This document shows, one piece after another, positions 1 to 10,457 of a DNA stretch of 64,000 bases (within the stretch, counting starts at the first letter, position 1; every line of letters starts with the position of its first letter). The stretch comes from Candidatus Ryanbacteria bacterium RIFCSPLOWO2_12_FULL_44_26 (GTDB lineage: Bacteria; Patescibacteriota; Minisyncoccia; Ryanbacterales; HO2-45-13). Below the pieces are notes generated by a model. That model was not told the DNA's origin. It worked only from the letters and a program-made list of their open reading frames with translations, and searched no databases. The position numbers and the translations under genes are program-made. The stretch is taken from contig MHOA01000007.1 of NCBI GenBank assembly GCA_001821765.1, forward strand, positions 9,565 through 73,564. The letters are read 5' to 3'.

Positions 1-7
1 CGCGGGA

Positions 8-730
8 GTGTGCCAGCCGTTTTTTCTAAAGGCTATAAAGTTTGTAAGCGATATGATTTACGGCATGCTGCGGTTTTCTCTCAGGCGATATGCCCGGGAT
101 TATGCATGGCGCGTGATTGTGCGCTCCACCCGCGCGCACGTATTTATGCTCACTTTTTTTATTGCTGAAGAGACCGTTGGCTGTGAGCTTAAGCAAATGC
201 TTGCAGAGAAGTTACGTGACGCGCGGATGCGGCGGCATATTGAATATATCGCCGCAACAAGCAGAAAACACCGCGCGATTTTTGAGCGCATTATGTTTTC
301 TCTTGGGAGCGTTACGGCTGAATATGTGCCGCTTACGCAGGGAGATGTCATTCTCAAAACGAGATCAATGTTTGGAGAAGATTCCTATGAATTTTTTCTC
401 GCCGCAGCTATACTTTTTAAGCAGGAAGATGTTGAAAGTTTGCTGTCGTACGCGCGAGCTCTCGGCAGCATCGGCTTTTTTGATGTACGTGCATTGCTCA
501 GCGACATTGTTCAGGACGAAAAGATATATATAAAACAAGCGCGGAAAGAACTTGCTATACTTGCATCATTCCGAGAACGCGCTTTGCTTTTTAAGCTGGC
601 AAAGCGGATACAACGCCCATCACGCATTGCGTCGGTGAGCGTCGTCGCAAGGCGCCTTTTTACGATAACCCGTCACCCATTTTTTCTTTTTGTTTTATGG
701 TCAGCGAAATTACGCCTCCCATTGGTTTGA
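8..730 (+). CDS. hypothetical protein (5' end may lie upstream of window)
   Basis: ORF beginning with GTG at the window edge; upstream in-frame codons have no stop; no recognisable motifs. Confidence 0.3.
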   Translation: MCQPFFLKAIKFVSDMIYGMLRFSLRRYARDYAWRVIVRSTRAHVFMLTFFIAEETVGCELKQMLAEKLRDARMRRHIEYIAATSRKHRAIFERIMFSLGSVTAEYVPLTQGDVILKTRSMFGEDSYEFFLAAAILFKQEDVESLLSYARALGSIGFFDVRALLSDIVQDEKIYIKQARKELAILASFRERALLFKLAKRIQRPSRIASVSVVARRLFTITRHPFFLFVLWSAKLRLPLV

Positions 731-1959
731 AAGCGCTTCTCATGGATGCTTTGAAGGCGCCATTTTTTCCGCGCTCGGTGTTTTCCCGGCTTTCTTGCCA
801 CAGATCGATATGTTACCGAACAGTAGTTCCTTTTCTTGTTATCATCGGCATTGTGTGGATTCATATCCACAGCTTTCTTTTGTTCCGAGATCCGATATGG
901 AGCGATGCCTCACGTTGGATTCTTTACACGTTGCTTTTTGCGGCTTTTCCCGTCGTTGTATGGTTTGGAGTTTCTCTTTTTCTCAAAAGAGTGTTCTGGA
1001 TATTCTCGGTCGATTTGCCTCTCCGGTTTTTCGAAGTGGCCGTTTTCAACTTCGTTATAGTATGGGCAATGTTGCCTCTTTTTGACATTCCGCATCTTTT
1101 TTTGCCCATTCTTCTTCTTTCTTTCCCCTTTTTTGGCACTCATCCTTTTCATTTTTCTCTTATTATTGCCGCGGTCGCCATTTCTCTTGAGTTTTTTGTT
1201 TTTCTGCGGGTGTGGCTGCGGGCGCGCGTCTTGTGGGCGCTCCTTGCATCGCTCGCCGTGCTTCCGTTTGCGAAAATCGTTTTAGAAGACCTTGGGTTTC
1301 TCGTTGAAGAGTTTGTGTGGCGGTCTGGTTGGATCAGAGGAAAATACGACGACTCTGTTTTTGGATTTATTGTTGCTGTTCCTCTGCAGGCAAGTTTGAT
1401 CGTATGGAGAGGGCTTGAGGTTGGATGGTCTCGCGCAAAAATCGCAAGCGCAGTTTTTCTGCTTTCTGCGGCATCTTTCGGTATTGGGTTTGCTACGCTA
1501 CGCAACGTAACGCCCATTTTCCCGGGTTACGCGACCGACTCGGGCTTTCTTGACTCATCCGATGGAGTCTCAAAAACAGAGGATTTTGTGTTTGAGGATT
1601 CGGTGGTGTTCCCGTTTGATCCGTTACTCGAGCCCATCGGAGAGCTTCGCTGCATCGTGCAGTTTCTTGAAGGGACGCATCGCGCAGAAAAAAAACGAGG
1701 CTCGCCGAAGGCGCGTTGCGATTTTGCGCCGGGACCTGATGTCGGAGAAGGCGAATATGCCTTCAAAGGAGACACATGGGAAGAACTTGAAGGAGAAGCG
1801 CGTATGGTGACGCGCTGGAAAGATCCAGAATTACTTCGGATGCTCACCCCGCGTAATAACGACGTTCGGATTCATGTCGAGACAGCGCCGGGCGACCGCG
1901 CAGTATTCAGCGGCGTCTGGATTGATTGGACGCCTCTTGGAAATGGGCGCACGCCATGA
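697..1959 (+). CDS. hypothetical polytopic membrane protein with acidic C-terminal soluble domain
   Basis: First ~240 aa strongly hydrophobic with multiple predicted helices, followed by a soluble D/E-rich tail; true start probably an internal Met since the ORF overlaps the previous one. Confidence 0.4.
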   Translation: MVSEITPPIGLKALLMDALKAPFFPRSVFSRLSCHRSICYRTVVPFLVIIGIVWIHIHSFLLFRDPIWSDASRWILYTLLFAAFPVVVWFGVSLFLKRVFWIFSVDLPLRFFEVAVFNFVIVWAMLPLFDIPHLFLPILLLSFPFFGTHPFHFSLIIAAVAISLEFFVFLRVWLRARVLWALLASLAVLPFAKIVLEDLGFLVEEFVWRSGWIRGKYDDSVFGFIVAVPLQASLIVWRGLEVGWSRAKIASAVFLLSAASFGIGFATLRNVTPIFPGYATDSGFLDSSDGVSKTEDFVFEDSVVFPFDPLLEPIGELRCIVQFLEGTHRAEKKRGSPKARCDFAPGPDVGEGEYAFKGDTWEELEGEARMVTRWKDPELLRMLTPRNNDVRIHVETAPGDRAVFSGVWIDWTPLGNGRTP

Positions 1960-2276
1960 GAGTTTTATAGTTGCTCTTGCGTTTATGGTTACTGGAGTGG
2001 AGCTTGTGTGCAACGACGGTGCATGGTAGTTAATATTTGGCGTTCTCTTAAGCGACGAGCGAGCGGCAGGAGCACAGGCGCTCATCTTTTGAGGACATTC
2101 GTGCTTTGCCAGATTATCTTCATACTTGTTTACTTGAGCATTAGCGCGAGAAGTAGTGCATATATGACAGCACGTGACATAATATAGAGAAAATCGGCGC
2201 CTTGGAAGCAGTTGTGCCAGAGCTGCGATTTACATCGCATATTGCATGAGAGATTGAGTAGTCAAGAGAGGCGCTT

Positions 2277-2642
2277 ATGCACAAGAAAGAACGAATTTCA
2301 TTGGCACTTGAGTTTTTTTCTTCTCAAAAAATCCTCGAAGGCGGTTTTGTTGTATTTCTTGATGTATTTCGGACAGAGTTGCAAAGCAAGAGGATTGCTG
2401 TGCCGCCGGAGCTTGATGAGATTTTTAAGGAAGAGCATGAACGTGTTGGTTTGAACGATACGGTTTCGAAGCATCTTGCCGCGCCGTGTCGATTACGCTT
2501 TCTCGAGAGAAACTGCCGGAAAATTATCAGCCGTGCGCGGAGGACATGGTTACGGCACATTCTTGCAGGACTCTCAAAACATGCACATACATACACGTTT
2601 CGGTCCTTGCTTGTGCCTCTTCGGCTCTACGCTCTTTTTTGA
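2277..2642 (+). CDS. hypothetical small protein
   Basis: 121-aa ORF in an otherwise empty ~700 bp gap; no motifs. Confidence 0.2.
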   Translation: MHKKERISLALEFFSSQKILEGGFVVFLDVFRTELQSKRIAVPPELDEIFKEEHERVGLNDTVSKHLAAPCRLRFLERNCRKIISRARRTWLRHILAGLSKHAHTYTFRSLLVPLRLYALF

Positions 2643-2663
2643 TCGTGTGTTAGAGTCAGGGGC

Positions 2664-3674
2664 ATGGATGCAATAAAGGTGTATACGACCCGAATCCCCG
2701 GATTTTTGCTTGCGCGGGCGCTTCGCCGGTTTGGCATTTGTTCTGGGCGAGTTAAGATTTCTTCCGCGCCGTTTTCAGAAAAGAGTGCTGCCGAGCCCGT
2801 TGCAATTTTAATTCAGCCAGGAGGCATACAAGCGCTTGAGCAACTCGGCGTCTCGCCTAATGTTCTTTATAAAAAAGGGGCGCGCATTGTACGCGGCGTT
2901 ATCTTTGATAAAAGAGCGAAAACGCTTTTATCGTTCGATACCCGTCAGTTTCCGGCAATGCCCGCAGGGTGCAGTATAGAACTTGAGGAGCTGCGTACGG
3001 TATGTGCGCCTGAAAGTTTCGAGTTCTCTATGCAGGCGGGAGTAGCAGAAAAGCACATGTGGAGTTTTACTCCGTGTCCGGGGATATTTTTACGCGTTGT
3101 CCGTGGTGAATTGTATGATCCAGCAAGGCAGATTATATGGGACCTGCCCGGAGCGCATATCGGAGTTGCGCCGCTTGCGCGCAGAAAGATCCTTTTATGG
3201 AGCATCCCGAAGCAGAGTGTCATGAAAGATTTTGAAGAATCGGTTGCTCGCACGCAACTCGACTTCACTTTGCAAAAGCGTAACTTTATTTTTCTTGCCA
3301 TTGGTGACCTTCTTTATGAGCGGTGGTTTCCTCTTGCGAATGTAGGGTATCGGCCTTCATGGGACGGAGAACATCTTCACTGGGGAGCGTCATCGCTTCG
3401 TCTCCATCCACTAACCGGTCAGTTTGTGAGTTATTGGGCATTGCAAGCTCAATGGCTTGCCCGGGAGATTGCGACGAAAGGGTCGCTTACCGCTGAACTT
3501 GCACGCGAGCTTGACAGAAGAAATCAAAGAATGTTTTGGTCGCACAAAAGAGCGCTCAATTATTATCTAAAACCAAATGTTTTTTGGAAATCAGTATTTC
3601 GGCCGTATGCATTTGCTATGCGTCATTTTCCTTTCCTTAAAAGGCGTGTTATAAAAAAACTCGCCTTGCTTTGA
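2664..3674 (+). CDS. hypothetical protein
   Basis: 336-aa ORF; no confidently recognisable family motifs. Confidence 0.35.
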   Translation: MDAIKVYTTRIPGFLLARALRRFGICSGRVKISSAPFSEKSAAEPVAILIQPGGIQALEQLGVSPNVLYKKGARIVRGVIFDKRAKTLLSFDTRQFPAMPAGCSIELEELRTVCAPESFEFSMQAGVAEKHMWSFTPCPGIFLRVVRGELYDPARQIIWDLPGAHIGVAPLARRKILLWSIPKQSVMKDFEESVARTQLDFTLQKRNFIFLAIGDLLYERWFPLANVGYRPSWDGEHLHWGASSLRLHPLTGQFVSYWALQAQWLAREIATKGSLTAELARELDRRNQRMFWSHKRALNYYLKPNVFWKSVFRPYAFAMRHFPFLKRRVIKKLALL

Positions 3675-3905
3675 AGCCATGCCCGTAAGGTTGGTTATTT
3701 TTATCAAACCTGCATAGACCTTGCTGCTTTTGTATTTACCTTTTGTAAGTTATATGAACTTGAGCGGCTTGGCGGCGCGGATATGTTTGATATTATTGGA
3801 AGCCCGCGTGAAACGGGTATAAAAACTGACATGATAACTCACTTGAAAAGAAAAACTGTCTTCTATACTATAGGGTATAATGTTGAATCAGCACGTTGAT
3901 GGTAT

Positions 3906-6410
3906 ATGAAATTATTTACATCACTTTTTAAACGGGATACATCAACAGATACCACGCAGGGTGATATTGTTGACGATGGGTTTGTTTCAGAAACAGATGT
4001 CGTCCTGATGGAGGAAACCGACACAGTAGAGCAAAGCGGAGGTTTGACGTTCCAGAGTATTGCGCGCTGGGCGCTCTATCTTCTTATATTGTTTTTGCCG
4101 ATTTGGTTTTTGCCGGCGACCATTTTCCCTGTTGAGATGAACAAAGCCTTTCTTGCGCTTGCGCTTTCACTCATTGCGCTTGTGGCATGGATTGGAAGAA
4201 GCCTGCAAGAGGGCAGGATAACAGTGGCGCGGTCTCCCGTTATTTGGACGTTTGCGGCTTTTATTGTTGTATGGCTGGTTGCGTCGCTGTTTTCACAAAA
4301 TATATCCTTGTCGCTTTTTGGCTTTGGCGGCGAACCAACAACACTCATTACGTTCATAGCGGGGGGGCTTATGCTTTTTCTTATACCTTCCGTCCTTACC
4401 AATAAAGAACATTTGGTAAAAGCATATGTTATTATTCTTTTGTCTGCCCTGCTTGTTTTTGTATGGTTTTTCCTAAGGAGCATTTTGGATATACCGCTTT
4501 TTGGTGAGCGGGCGTTTAACACCATCGGTTCCTGGAATGGACTCGGCGCCTTTACGGGTTTTGTTTTGGCGATTGTTTTTCCGTTTTTAGGAGCCGCTTC
4601 CGCGCATATTTTTCGCAAGATAGCATTCATATTTTTAATCATCGGCTTTCTTGCAACGCTTGTGATCAATCTTTTGTGGGCTTGGGCCGGTATCGGTGTT
4701 GTTGCTCTTATATTTTTCTCTCTTTATTTTTCTACTGGAAGGCGGCGTTCACCCCTGTTTGTTGTGACGTTTCTCCTTATTATTACGTCTATTCTTTTCG
4801 TGTTGCTGAATAGTCCTTTAAGATCAATAGCTGAAAACTTTGGAGCAACGGCTGAAGTGGTTCCATCATTTGAAGGGACATTGAAGGTTGCAAAAAGCGT
4901 ACTTGAAACCTCGCCTGTTTTCGGTTTCGGCCCCAATACATTCGGGCTTGCGTGGGAAAAATTTAAGCCGCAAGGCGTGTTGTTCACGCCGTTTTGGAAT
5001 GTGCGGTTTAATCAGGGAAGCGGGACAGTTGCCACTATTCTTGTAGAAGGCGGGATTGCCGGAGCGGTGTTTTTTCTGATTTTCTTGGGCCTGCTTCTTG
5101 TAAGCGGCATCAAGGCAATTACGAAAAACCCCTATAGCGATGAAGATATATGGGACAGCGCCCTGTTGAGTTCCTTTTTCAGCGCAACGCTGTTTCTTTT
5201 TTTCTTGTGGTTTGTTTATCCGGTAAATGTTACGCTCGTCCTGCTGTCATTTGTTGTCGCCGGGCTTTTCATTGCCTCCGCGACGTTTGTTGGAGTTGGG
5301 AAAGTGTCAACAGTGTATCTATTTTCAAGCGTGACGAAGGGGTTTGTGGCCTCACTTGCGATGATAGTGACCGTAATCGTTTCGGTTATTGGTTTGTATT
5401 TTGGGACGGCAAAGTATGTGTCACATATTTTTTACCGCAGCGGTCTTGATATATATAATACTGAAGGGTCAATCAATAGCGCTCAAAACAAGATACAACG
5501 GGGTATTGAATTTTATGGGGAACAAGACAGATATTGGAGAACGCTTGCGGAGCTGGAGATTGTTAAGATGAACCGGGCTTTGAATGTGCAGGATATTTCA
5601 GAAGCGGAGAGAGCAAGCAGATTTCAAAATGCCCTTGGGCGATCAATTGAGTACGGAAGAAAAGCCGCTGAAATAAACGGCGCTGATCCGCAGAACTGGA
5701 GGGTGCTGGGCAGAGTATATGAAACCGCGATTCCATTTATTGACGGCGCCGAGAGCTTTGCTGTCCAGCATTATACAAAGGCAAGGGAGTTTTCTCCGCG
5801 CGATCCCTCTCTTGCCGCCGATCTTGCGCGCACGCATCTTAGCGCTGCCAACGCCATCATACAGAGAAGCGGTGATGTGGATTCACCGCAGGCGGCAGAA
5901 AAACGCAAAAGTGCCGTTAAGTTTCTTGAAGAGACACTTGTGCTAAAGAATGATTATGCTTCAGCCCATTTTCTCTTGGCCCAGCTTTACGCGTTTGAGG
6001 GAAGAACAAGTGAGGCGATCCAGCGTGCGGCAACGGCCTTTCAATTAGTTCCGCAGGACGTTGGTGTCGCATTTCAACTTGGCGTGCTTCATTACCAGGC
6101 CGGAGATTTCCAAAGCGCCAAGTTCGCATTTGAGCGCGCTATAACTTTAAATGAAAAATATTCGAATGCAAGATACTTCTTAGGCTTGATCCTTGCTACG
6201 GAAGGGGACACCAACGGCGCAATTGAGCAATTTGAGAACATCATTCAACTCAATCCCGGGAATGAAGAGATAAGGAGTATATTAACCAATCTCAAGAGCG
6301 AGAAAGACGCGCTGGAGGGTATTGTTCCTCCAGCCGTTTCGCCCGAGGATCGCCTTTCTCCTCCAATAGATGAGCCGAGCAGAGAAACAGGAGATGTAGA
6401 CATAGAATAA
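3906..6410 (+). CDS. O-antigen ligase-like (Wzy_C) polytopic membrane protein with C-terminal TPR repeats
   Basis: ~12 predicted TM helices including the SGTVATILVEGGIAG stretch typical of the WaaL/Wzy_C family; C-terminal ~250 aa composed of TPR-like repeats (AHFLLAQLYAFEGRTSEAI, AFQLGVLHYQAGDFQSA, YFLGLILATEGDTNGAI). Confidence 0.6.
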   Translation: MKLFTSLFKRDTSTDTTQGDIVDDGFVSETDVVLMEETDTVEQSGGLTFQSIARWALYLLILFLPIWFLPATIFPVEMNKAFLALALSLIALVAWIGRSLQEGRITVARSPVIWTFAAFIVVWLVASLFSQNISLSLFGFGGEPTTLITFIAGGLMLFLIPSVLTNKEHLVKAYVIILLSALLVFVWFFLRSILDIPLFGERAFNTIGSWNGLGAFTGFVLAIVFPFLGAASAHIFRKIAFIFLIIGFLATLVINLLWAWAGIGVVALIFFSLYFSTGRRRSPLFVVTFLLIITSILFVLLNSPLRSIAENFGATAEVVPSFEGTLKVAKSVLETSPVFGFGPNTFGLAWEKFKPQGVLFTPFWNVRFNQGSGTVATILVEGGIAGAVFFLIFLGLLLVSGIKAITKNPYSDEDIWDSALLSSFFSATLFLFFLWFVYPVNVTLVLLSFVVAGLFIASATFVGVGKVSTVYLFSSVTKGFVASLAMIVTVIVSVIGLYFGTAKYVSHIFYRSGLDIYNTEGSINSAQNKIQRGIEFYGEQDRYWRTLAELEIVKMNRALNVQDISEAERASRFQNALGRSIEYGRKAAEINGADPQNWRVLGRVYETAIPFIDGAESFAVQHYTKAREFSPRDPSLAADLARTHLSAANAIIQRSGDVDSPQAAEKRKSAVKFLEETLVLKNDYASAHFLLAQLYAFEGRTSEAIQRAATAFQLVPQDVGVAFQLGVLHYQAGDFQSAKFAFERAITLNEKYSNARYFLGLILATEGDTNGAIEQFENIIQLNPGNEEIRSILTNLKSEKDALEGIVPPAVSPEDRLSPPIDEPSRETGDVDIE

Positions 6411-6414
6411 CACC

Positions 6415-8085
6415 GTGAACATTTTTCACTTGTTTAAGAGTGAGCAACAAGGAGTGCATGCCGCTGCACTCCTTTTAGCGCTCGCTTCCGTTGTCAACGC
6501 GTTGCTTGCTCTTTTGAGAGATCGGCTGCTTGCCGGGCAGTTCGGCGCATCAGCTGAACTTGATATATACTATGCTGCCTTTCGTGTCCCTGACATTATT
6601 TATGCGTTTGCTCTTCTGTTTGTGGCTTCAACAGCTTTTATTCCGGTGTTCCTTGAACATCGCCAGCAATCGAGCAGCAGCGCAAAAGAGTTGCTGGATG
6701 CGGCGTTTACCTCCTTTTTCCTTGCTGTTGGATTATTGGTATTTATGGCGTATCTCCTGCTCCCGTTTGTTATTCCTTATACAGTACCGGGCTTTGATGC
6801 CGAGTCGCGTACCACGGTGTTGAAACTCGCATCGGTGCTGTTGCTTTCTCCGCTTCTTTTGGGGCTTTCTAATCTTGTTGCCGGAGTCATCCAATCATTT
6901 AAGAGATTTTTTATTTATGCCTTAAGTCCCGTTTTTTATAACATTGGCATTATCATAGGAATTCTGTTTTTCTTGCCGCGGTTTGGGCTTACCGGGCTGG
7001 TGTGGGGCGTGATATTGGGAGCATTCATGCATTTTCTTATTCAAGTGCCTAGTCTCATTACGCTCGGTTATTTTCCTTTTTTTAATAAAGTGTTTAAAAA
7101 AGGTGTTGGTAAGATTATTCGGCTTTCATTCCCCCGCGCGCTGGCGCTTTCTTTTCATCAACTTACATTTTTTGCCATCACTGCTATTGCGTCTACCCTC
7201 GGCGCAGGCGCTATCGCCGTTTTTCAGCTCTCATATAACTTACAATCGTTGCCGCTTGCGATTGTGGGGCTTTCGTATAGTGTTGCGGCGTTTCCAACGC
7301 TCTCCGAGCTCTCTCTTGCAAAAGAGCGCAGCATGTTCTTTCGGCAGTTTACCTCTGTAGTTCGTCACATTCTTTTTTGGACTGTTCCGATAAGCTTTCT
7401 TTTTATTGTGCTCCGCGCGCACATTGTTCGTGTTGTTCTTGGGAGCGGCGCGTTTGACTGGATTGATACACGTCTTACCGCCGCAAGCCTTCTGCTTTTC
7501 AGTTTTGGTATTGTAGCGCAAAGTTTGATCCATTTTTTCGTGCGTTCTTATTACGCGCTTGGGAGAACGCGCGAACCGGTTATGTATAACTTCTTTGGGT
7601 TTGCGTTGATCGTGCTGTTTTCCGTGGCGTTTTTGTATATGGCAAACACCTTTCCTTTATTGAAGCACTTTTTCATGAGTTTGCTGCGTGTTGAGGATCT
7701 TCGTGGAGTCGGCATTCTCGTCCTCCCGCTTGCGTACGTGCTCGGCACAACAGTGAATGCCTTTTTACTGATTTATTCTCTTTGGCATACTGACAAAGGA
7801 GAGGAAAAATGGGAGCTGCGGCGGGCGTTTAGGGAGATATTCGGGGCCGGTATGGTTATGGCCGTTGTAACATTTATTATGCTACGCGTGTTTGCCTCCT
7901 TTTTGAATATCAACACGTTTTTTGGAGTGTTGTTGCACGGCTTGCTTTCGGGGACGATTGGTATTGTTGCCGGCATTTGGCTGCTAAAGCATATGCGTAA
8001 TCGCGAGATGGAAGAGGTGATCGGTGCGTTTAAGAGCCGGTTTTGGAGAAAAAAACCGTTACAGCCGGAAACAGAACACCTCTAA
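6415..8085 (+). CDS. murJ: lipid II flippase MurJ (MviN family)
   Basis: N-terminal motif ...GASAELDIYYAAFRVPDIIYAFALLFVASTAFIPVF matches the MurJ consensus (DAFFVAF.P......F.EGAFS.AFVP); ~14 TM helices; 556 aa. Confidence 0.7.
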   Translation: MNIFHLFKSEQQGVHAAALLLALASVVNALLALLRDRLLAGQFGASAELDIYYAAFRVPDIIYAFALLFVASTAFIPVFLEHRQQSSSSAKELLDAAFTSFFLAVGLLVFMAYLLLPFVIPYTVPGFDAESRTTVLKLASVLLLSPLLLGLSNLVAGVIQSFKRFFIYALSPVFYNIGIIIGILFFLPRFGLTGLVWGVILGAFMHFLIQVPSLITLGYFPFFNKVFKKGVGKIIRLSFPRALALSFHQLTFFAITAIASTLGAGAIAVFQLSYNLQSLPLAIVGLSYSVAAFPTLSELSLAKERSMFFRQFTSVVRHILFWTVPISFLFIVLRAHIVRVVLGSGAFDWIDTRLTAASLLLFSFGIVAQSLIHFFVRSYYALGRTREPVMYNFFGFALIVLFSVAFLYMANTFPLLKHFFMSLLRVEDLRGVGILVLPLAYVLGTTVNAFLLIYSLWHTDKGEEKWELRRAFREIFGAGMVMAVVTFIMLRVFASFLNINTFFGVLLHGLLSGTIGIVAGIWLLKHMRNREMEEVIGAFKSRFWRKKPLQPETEHL

Positions 8086-8128
8086 TTTATATTGGTTGGT
8101 TTTATAAGAATATCGAAAGCGCGAGGAA

Positions 8129-9922
8129 ATGGAACAATTAAGCAACATCCGGAATTTTTCTATTATCAGTCACATTGACCACGGTAAAAGCACGCTCGCC
8201 GACAGATTTTTGGAATTGACGCATACCGTGGATGCGCGCCATATGCGTGCACAGATGCTGGATACCATGGATCTTGAGCGGGAACGCGGTATTACCATAA
8301 AAATGCAGCCTGTTAGGATGAACTACAAATTAAAAACTGCAAACTATATATTAAATCTGATTGACACCCCCGGCCACATTGATTTTTCTTATGAAGTCTC
8401 CCGGGCCCTTGCGGCCTGTGAGGGGGCGATTTTGCTTGTTGACGCGTCTCAAGGAGTGCAGGCGCAGACATTGTCGCATTTTCATGTCGCGCGCTCTCTT
8501 CAGCTGCCGCTTCTTCCCGTAATAAATAAAATTGATTTATCTTACGCGAATGTGGAAGGGGCTAAAGAGGAACTGACAACTCTCGGATTTAAAAGAGAGG
8601 ACATCCACAAGGTTTCTGCGAGAGAAAACATAGGTGTTGAGGAGTTATTGGAAAAAGTGCTCCATAAGATACCGCCGCCGAAAAGCACGGGGGAAATTCC
8701 CCGCGCATTAATATTTGATTCGTTATACGATGAGCATGGCGGTGTGATAGCGTACGTTCGCATTTTTGACGGAGCTATAAAAAAGGGCGACAAACTGTTT
8801 CTTTTAGCCGCTGGAAAGCAGTGTGAGGCAAAAGAAGTTGGTTTTTTTACTCCGGCCAGAAAGCCGGCTGGCATCCTTGCAGCCGGCGAGATTGGGTATG
8901 TGGTAACGGGACTGAAGTCAATGGATGCGGTGAGGATTGGAGATACCATCACCGCTTTGCCGGCCGCAAGTCGTTATAATGTAAAGCCGCTTGGCGGATA
9001 TAAAGAGCCGAAGCCGGTTGTGTGGGCGAGTTTTTTTCCGGAAACGGCAGGTGTATTTGTTCAGCTGGGAGATGCGTTGAAAAAACTGCGTTTAAATGAT
9101 GCCGCGCTTGCTTTTGAGGAATGTTCCACCAGTTTTCTGGGAAGGGGGTATCAATGCGGATTTTTAGGGGCACTGCATCTCGAAATAGTCGCTGAACGCC
9201 TCCGCCGTGAATTTGGTCTTTCTTTTATTATAACAGCTCCGTCTGTTAGTTATCGGGTATATATAAAAGGCCAACGAAAGATTATTGTTTCTCCTCACTT
9301 GTTTCCCCCAAAAGGAGCAGCCGATAAAGTTGAGGAGCCGATTATAAGAGCTACAATTATTATTCCCGAACGGCACGTTGCGTCTGTTTTGAAATTGAAT
9401 CAGAGGTTTGAGATGCATGTCGGGGATATGGAATCATTTGGCGCCGAGCGGCTTATGGTGCAAGCAACGATGCCGCTTAGAACGTTTGTGAAAGATTTTT
9501 TTGACACGCTCCATAGCGTGACATCCGGCTATGCTTCTATACATTACGAGCACGCCAGCTGGCAGGAAACCGAGCTTATTCGAATAGACGTTGCGGTAGC
9601 CGGTGACGTTGTGGAAGCGTTAAGCCGTGTTGTTTCTCCTGCGTCGGCAGTGCGGGAGGCCAAATCTGTTGTAACGGCGCTGAAAGACATTCTTCCAAAA
9701 GAGCAGTTTGAGGTCAAGATTCAGGCTATTTGTAACGGAAGGATCATAGCCTCCGAGAGACTGTCGCCCCTTAAAAAGGATGTCACAGGTTATCTTTACG
9801 GAGGAGACAGGACCCGCAAGATGAAATTATGGAAAAAACAAAAAGAAGGCAAGAAAAAGTTAAAGGGAAAAGGGAAAGTGCATATTTCAACAGAGACATT
9901 TCTAAAACTTCTCCGAAAGTAG
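8129..9922 (+). CDS. lepA: translation elongation factor 4 (LepA)
   Basis: NFSIISHIDHGKST G1 motif, DTPGHIDF G3, NKID G4, 597 aa with LepA-specific C-terminal domain; lysine-rich tail. Confidence 0.9.
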   Translation: MEQLSNIRNFSIISHIDHGKSTLADRFLELTHTVDARHMRAQMLDTMDLERERGITIKMQPVRMNYKLKTANYILNLIDTPGHIDFSYEVSRALAACEGAILLVDASQGVQAQTLSHFHVARSLQLPLLPVINKIDLSYANVEGAKEELTTLGFKREDIHKVSARENIGVEELLEKVLHKIPPPKSTGEIPRALIFDSLYDEHGGVIAYVRIFDGAIKKGDKLFLLAAGKQCEAKEVGFFTPARKPAGILAAGEIGYVVTGLKSMDAVRIGDTITALPAASRYNVKPLGGYKEPKPVVWASFFPETAGVFVQLGDALKKLRLNDAALAFEECSTSFLGRGYQCGFLGALHLEIVAERLRREFGLSFIITAPSVSYRVYIKGQRKIIVSPHLFPPKGAADKVEEPIIRATIIIPERHVASVLKLNQRFEMHVGDMESFGAERLMVQATMPLRTFVKDFFDTLHSVTSGYASIHYEHASWQETELIRIDVAVAGDVVEALSRVVSPASAVREAKSVVTALKDILPKEQFEVKIQAICNGRIIASERLSPLKKDVTGYLYGGDRTRKMKLWKKQKEGKKKLKGKGKVHISTETFLKLLRK

Positions 9923-10068
9923 TGTTTGCGAAAGAGCGTGGACTTAAAAAAGAAACGGGATAATGGTAAAGCCAATCATCCCAATAATAGCTGCAATAGA
10001 AATCACCATCCAGATGACGTGAAATTTTTTCCTTTTTTGCTTCATATTTCCTGTAGTATGATGAAAAT

Positions 10069-10452
10069 ATGAGTTTGTTTCAAGAGCATCGGAGATGGCA
10101 TAAGTTGTTGGGTTCCCGCCCGGTTTCGGTTGTTTTATGGGCGGTTATACTGGTGCTTTCAGTAAAAGTGATTGGGGTATATCTCGAAATTCGCGACATA
10201 AAAGATATTGTTTCTGAAACAGAAAATGAAATTGTTTCACTTCAGGCAAGAACCTCGGATTTTAAAGACAAGGTTGCCATGATAAAAGAAGGAAAGGGCG
10301 TTGAAAAGGAGGTGCGCACGCGTTTTAATATGAAAAAATCCGGTGAAAACACCGTAGTTATTGTTGAAGATGCCGAGAGTGGAAAGGAGCTTGAGCAGCG
10401 CAAAGAAACGGCAGGACTGTTTGCTTGGCTTAAGTCGCTATTGGGATTTTAA
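10069..10452 (+). CDS. septum formation initiator family protein (FtsB/DivIC-like)
   Basis: 127 aa, single N-terminal TM, then coiled-coil heptads and a VRTRFNMKKSGENTVVIVED segment resembling the conserved FtsB/DivIC C-terminal box. Confidence 0.5.
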   Translation: MSLFQEHRRWHKLLGSRPVSVVLWAVILVLSVKVIGVYLEIRDIKDIVSETENEIVSLQARTSDFKDKVAMIKEGKGVEKEVRTRFNMKKSGENTVVIVEDAESGKELEQRKETAGLFAWLKSLLGF

Positions 10453-10457
10453 GGGGA

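Noticed and set aside
4076-4669. 197-aa minus-strand ORF (and similar antisense ORFs such as 13025..13384, 14495..14983, 41712..42242, 57475..58092)
   Set aside because: They are fully embedded antisense to well-supported conserved genes (the Wzy_C protein, ftsE, the island gene, rtcB, the malectin giant) and have no motifs, so they are antisense artefacts.
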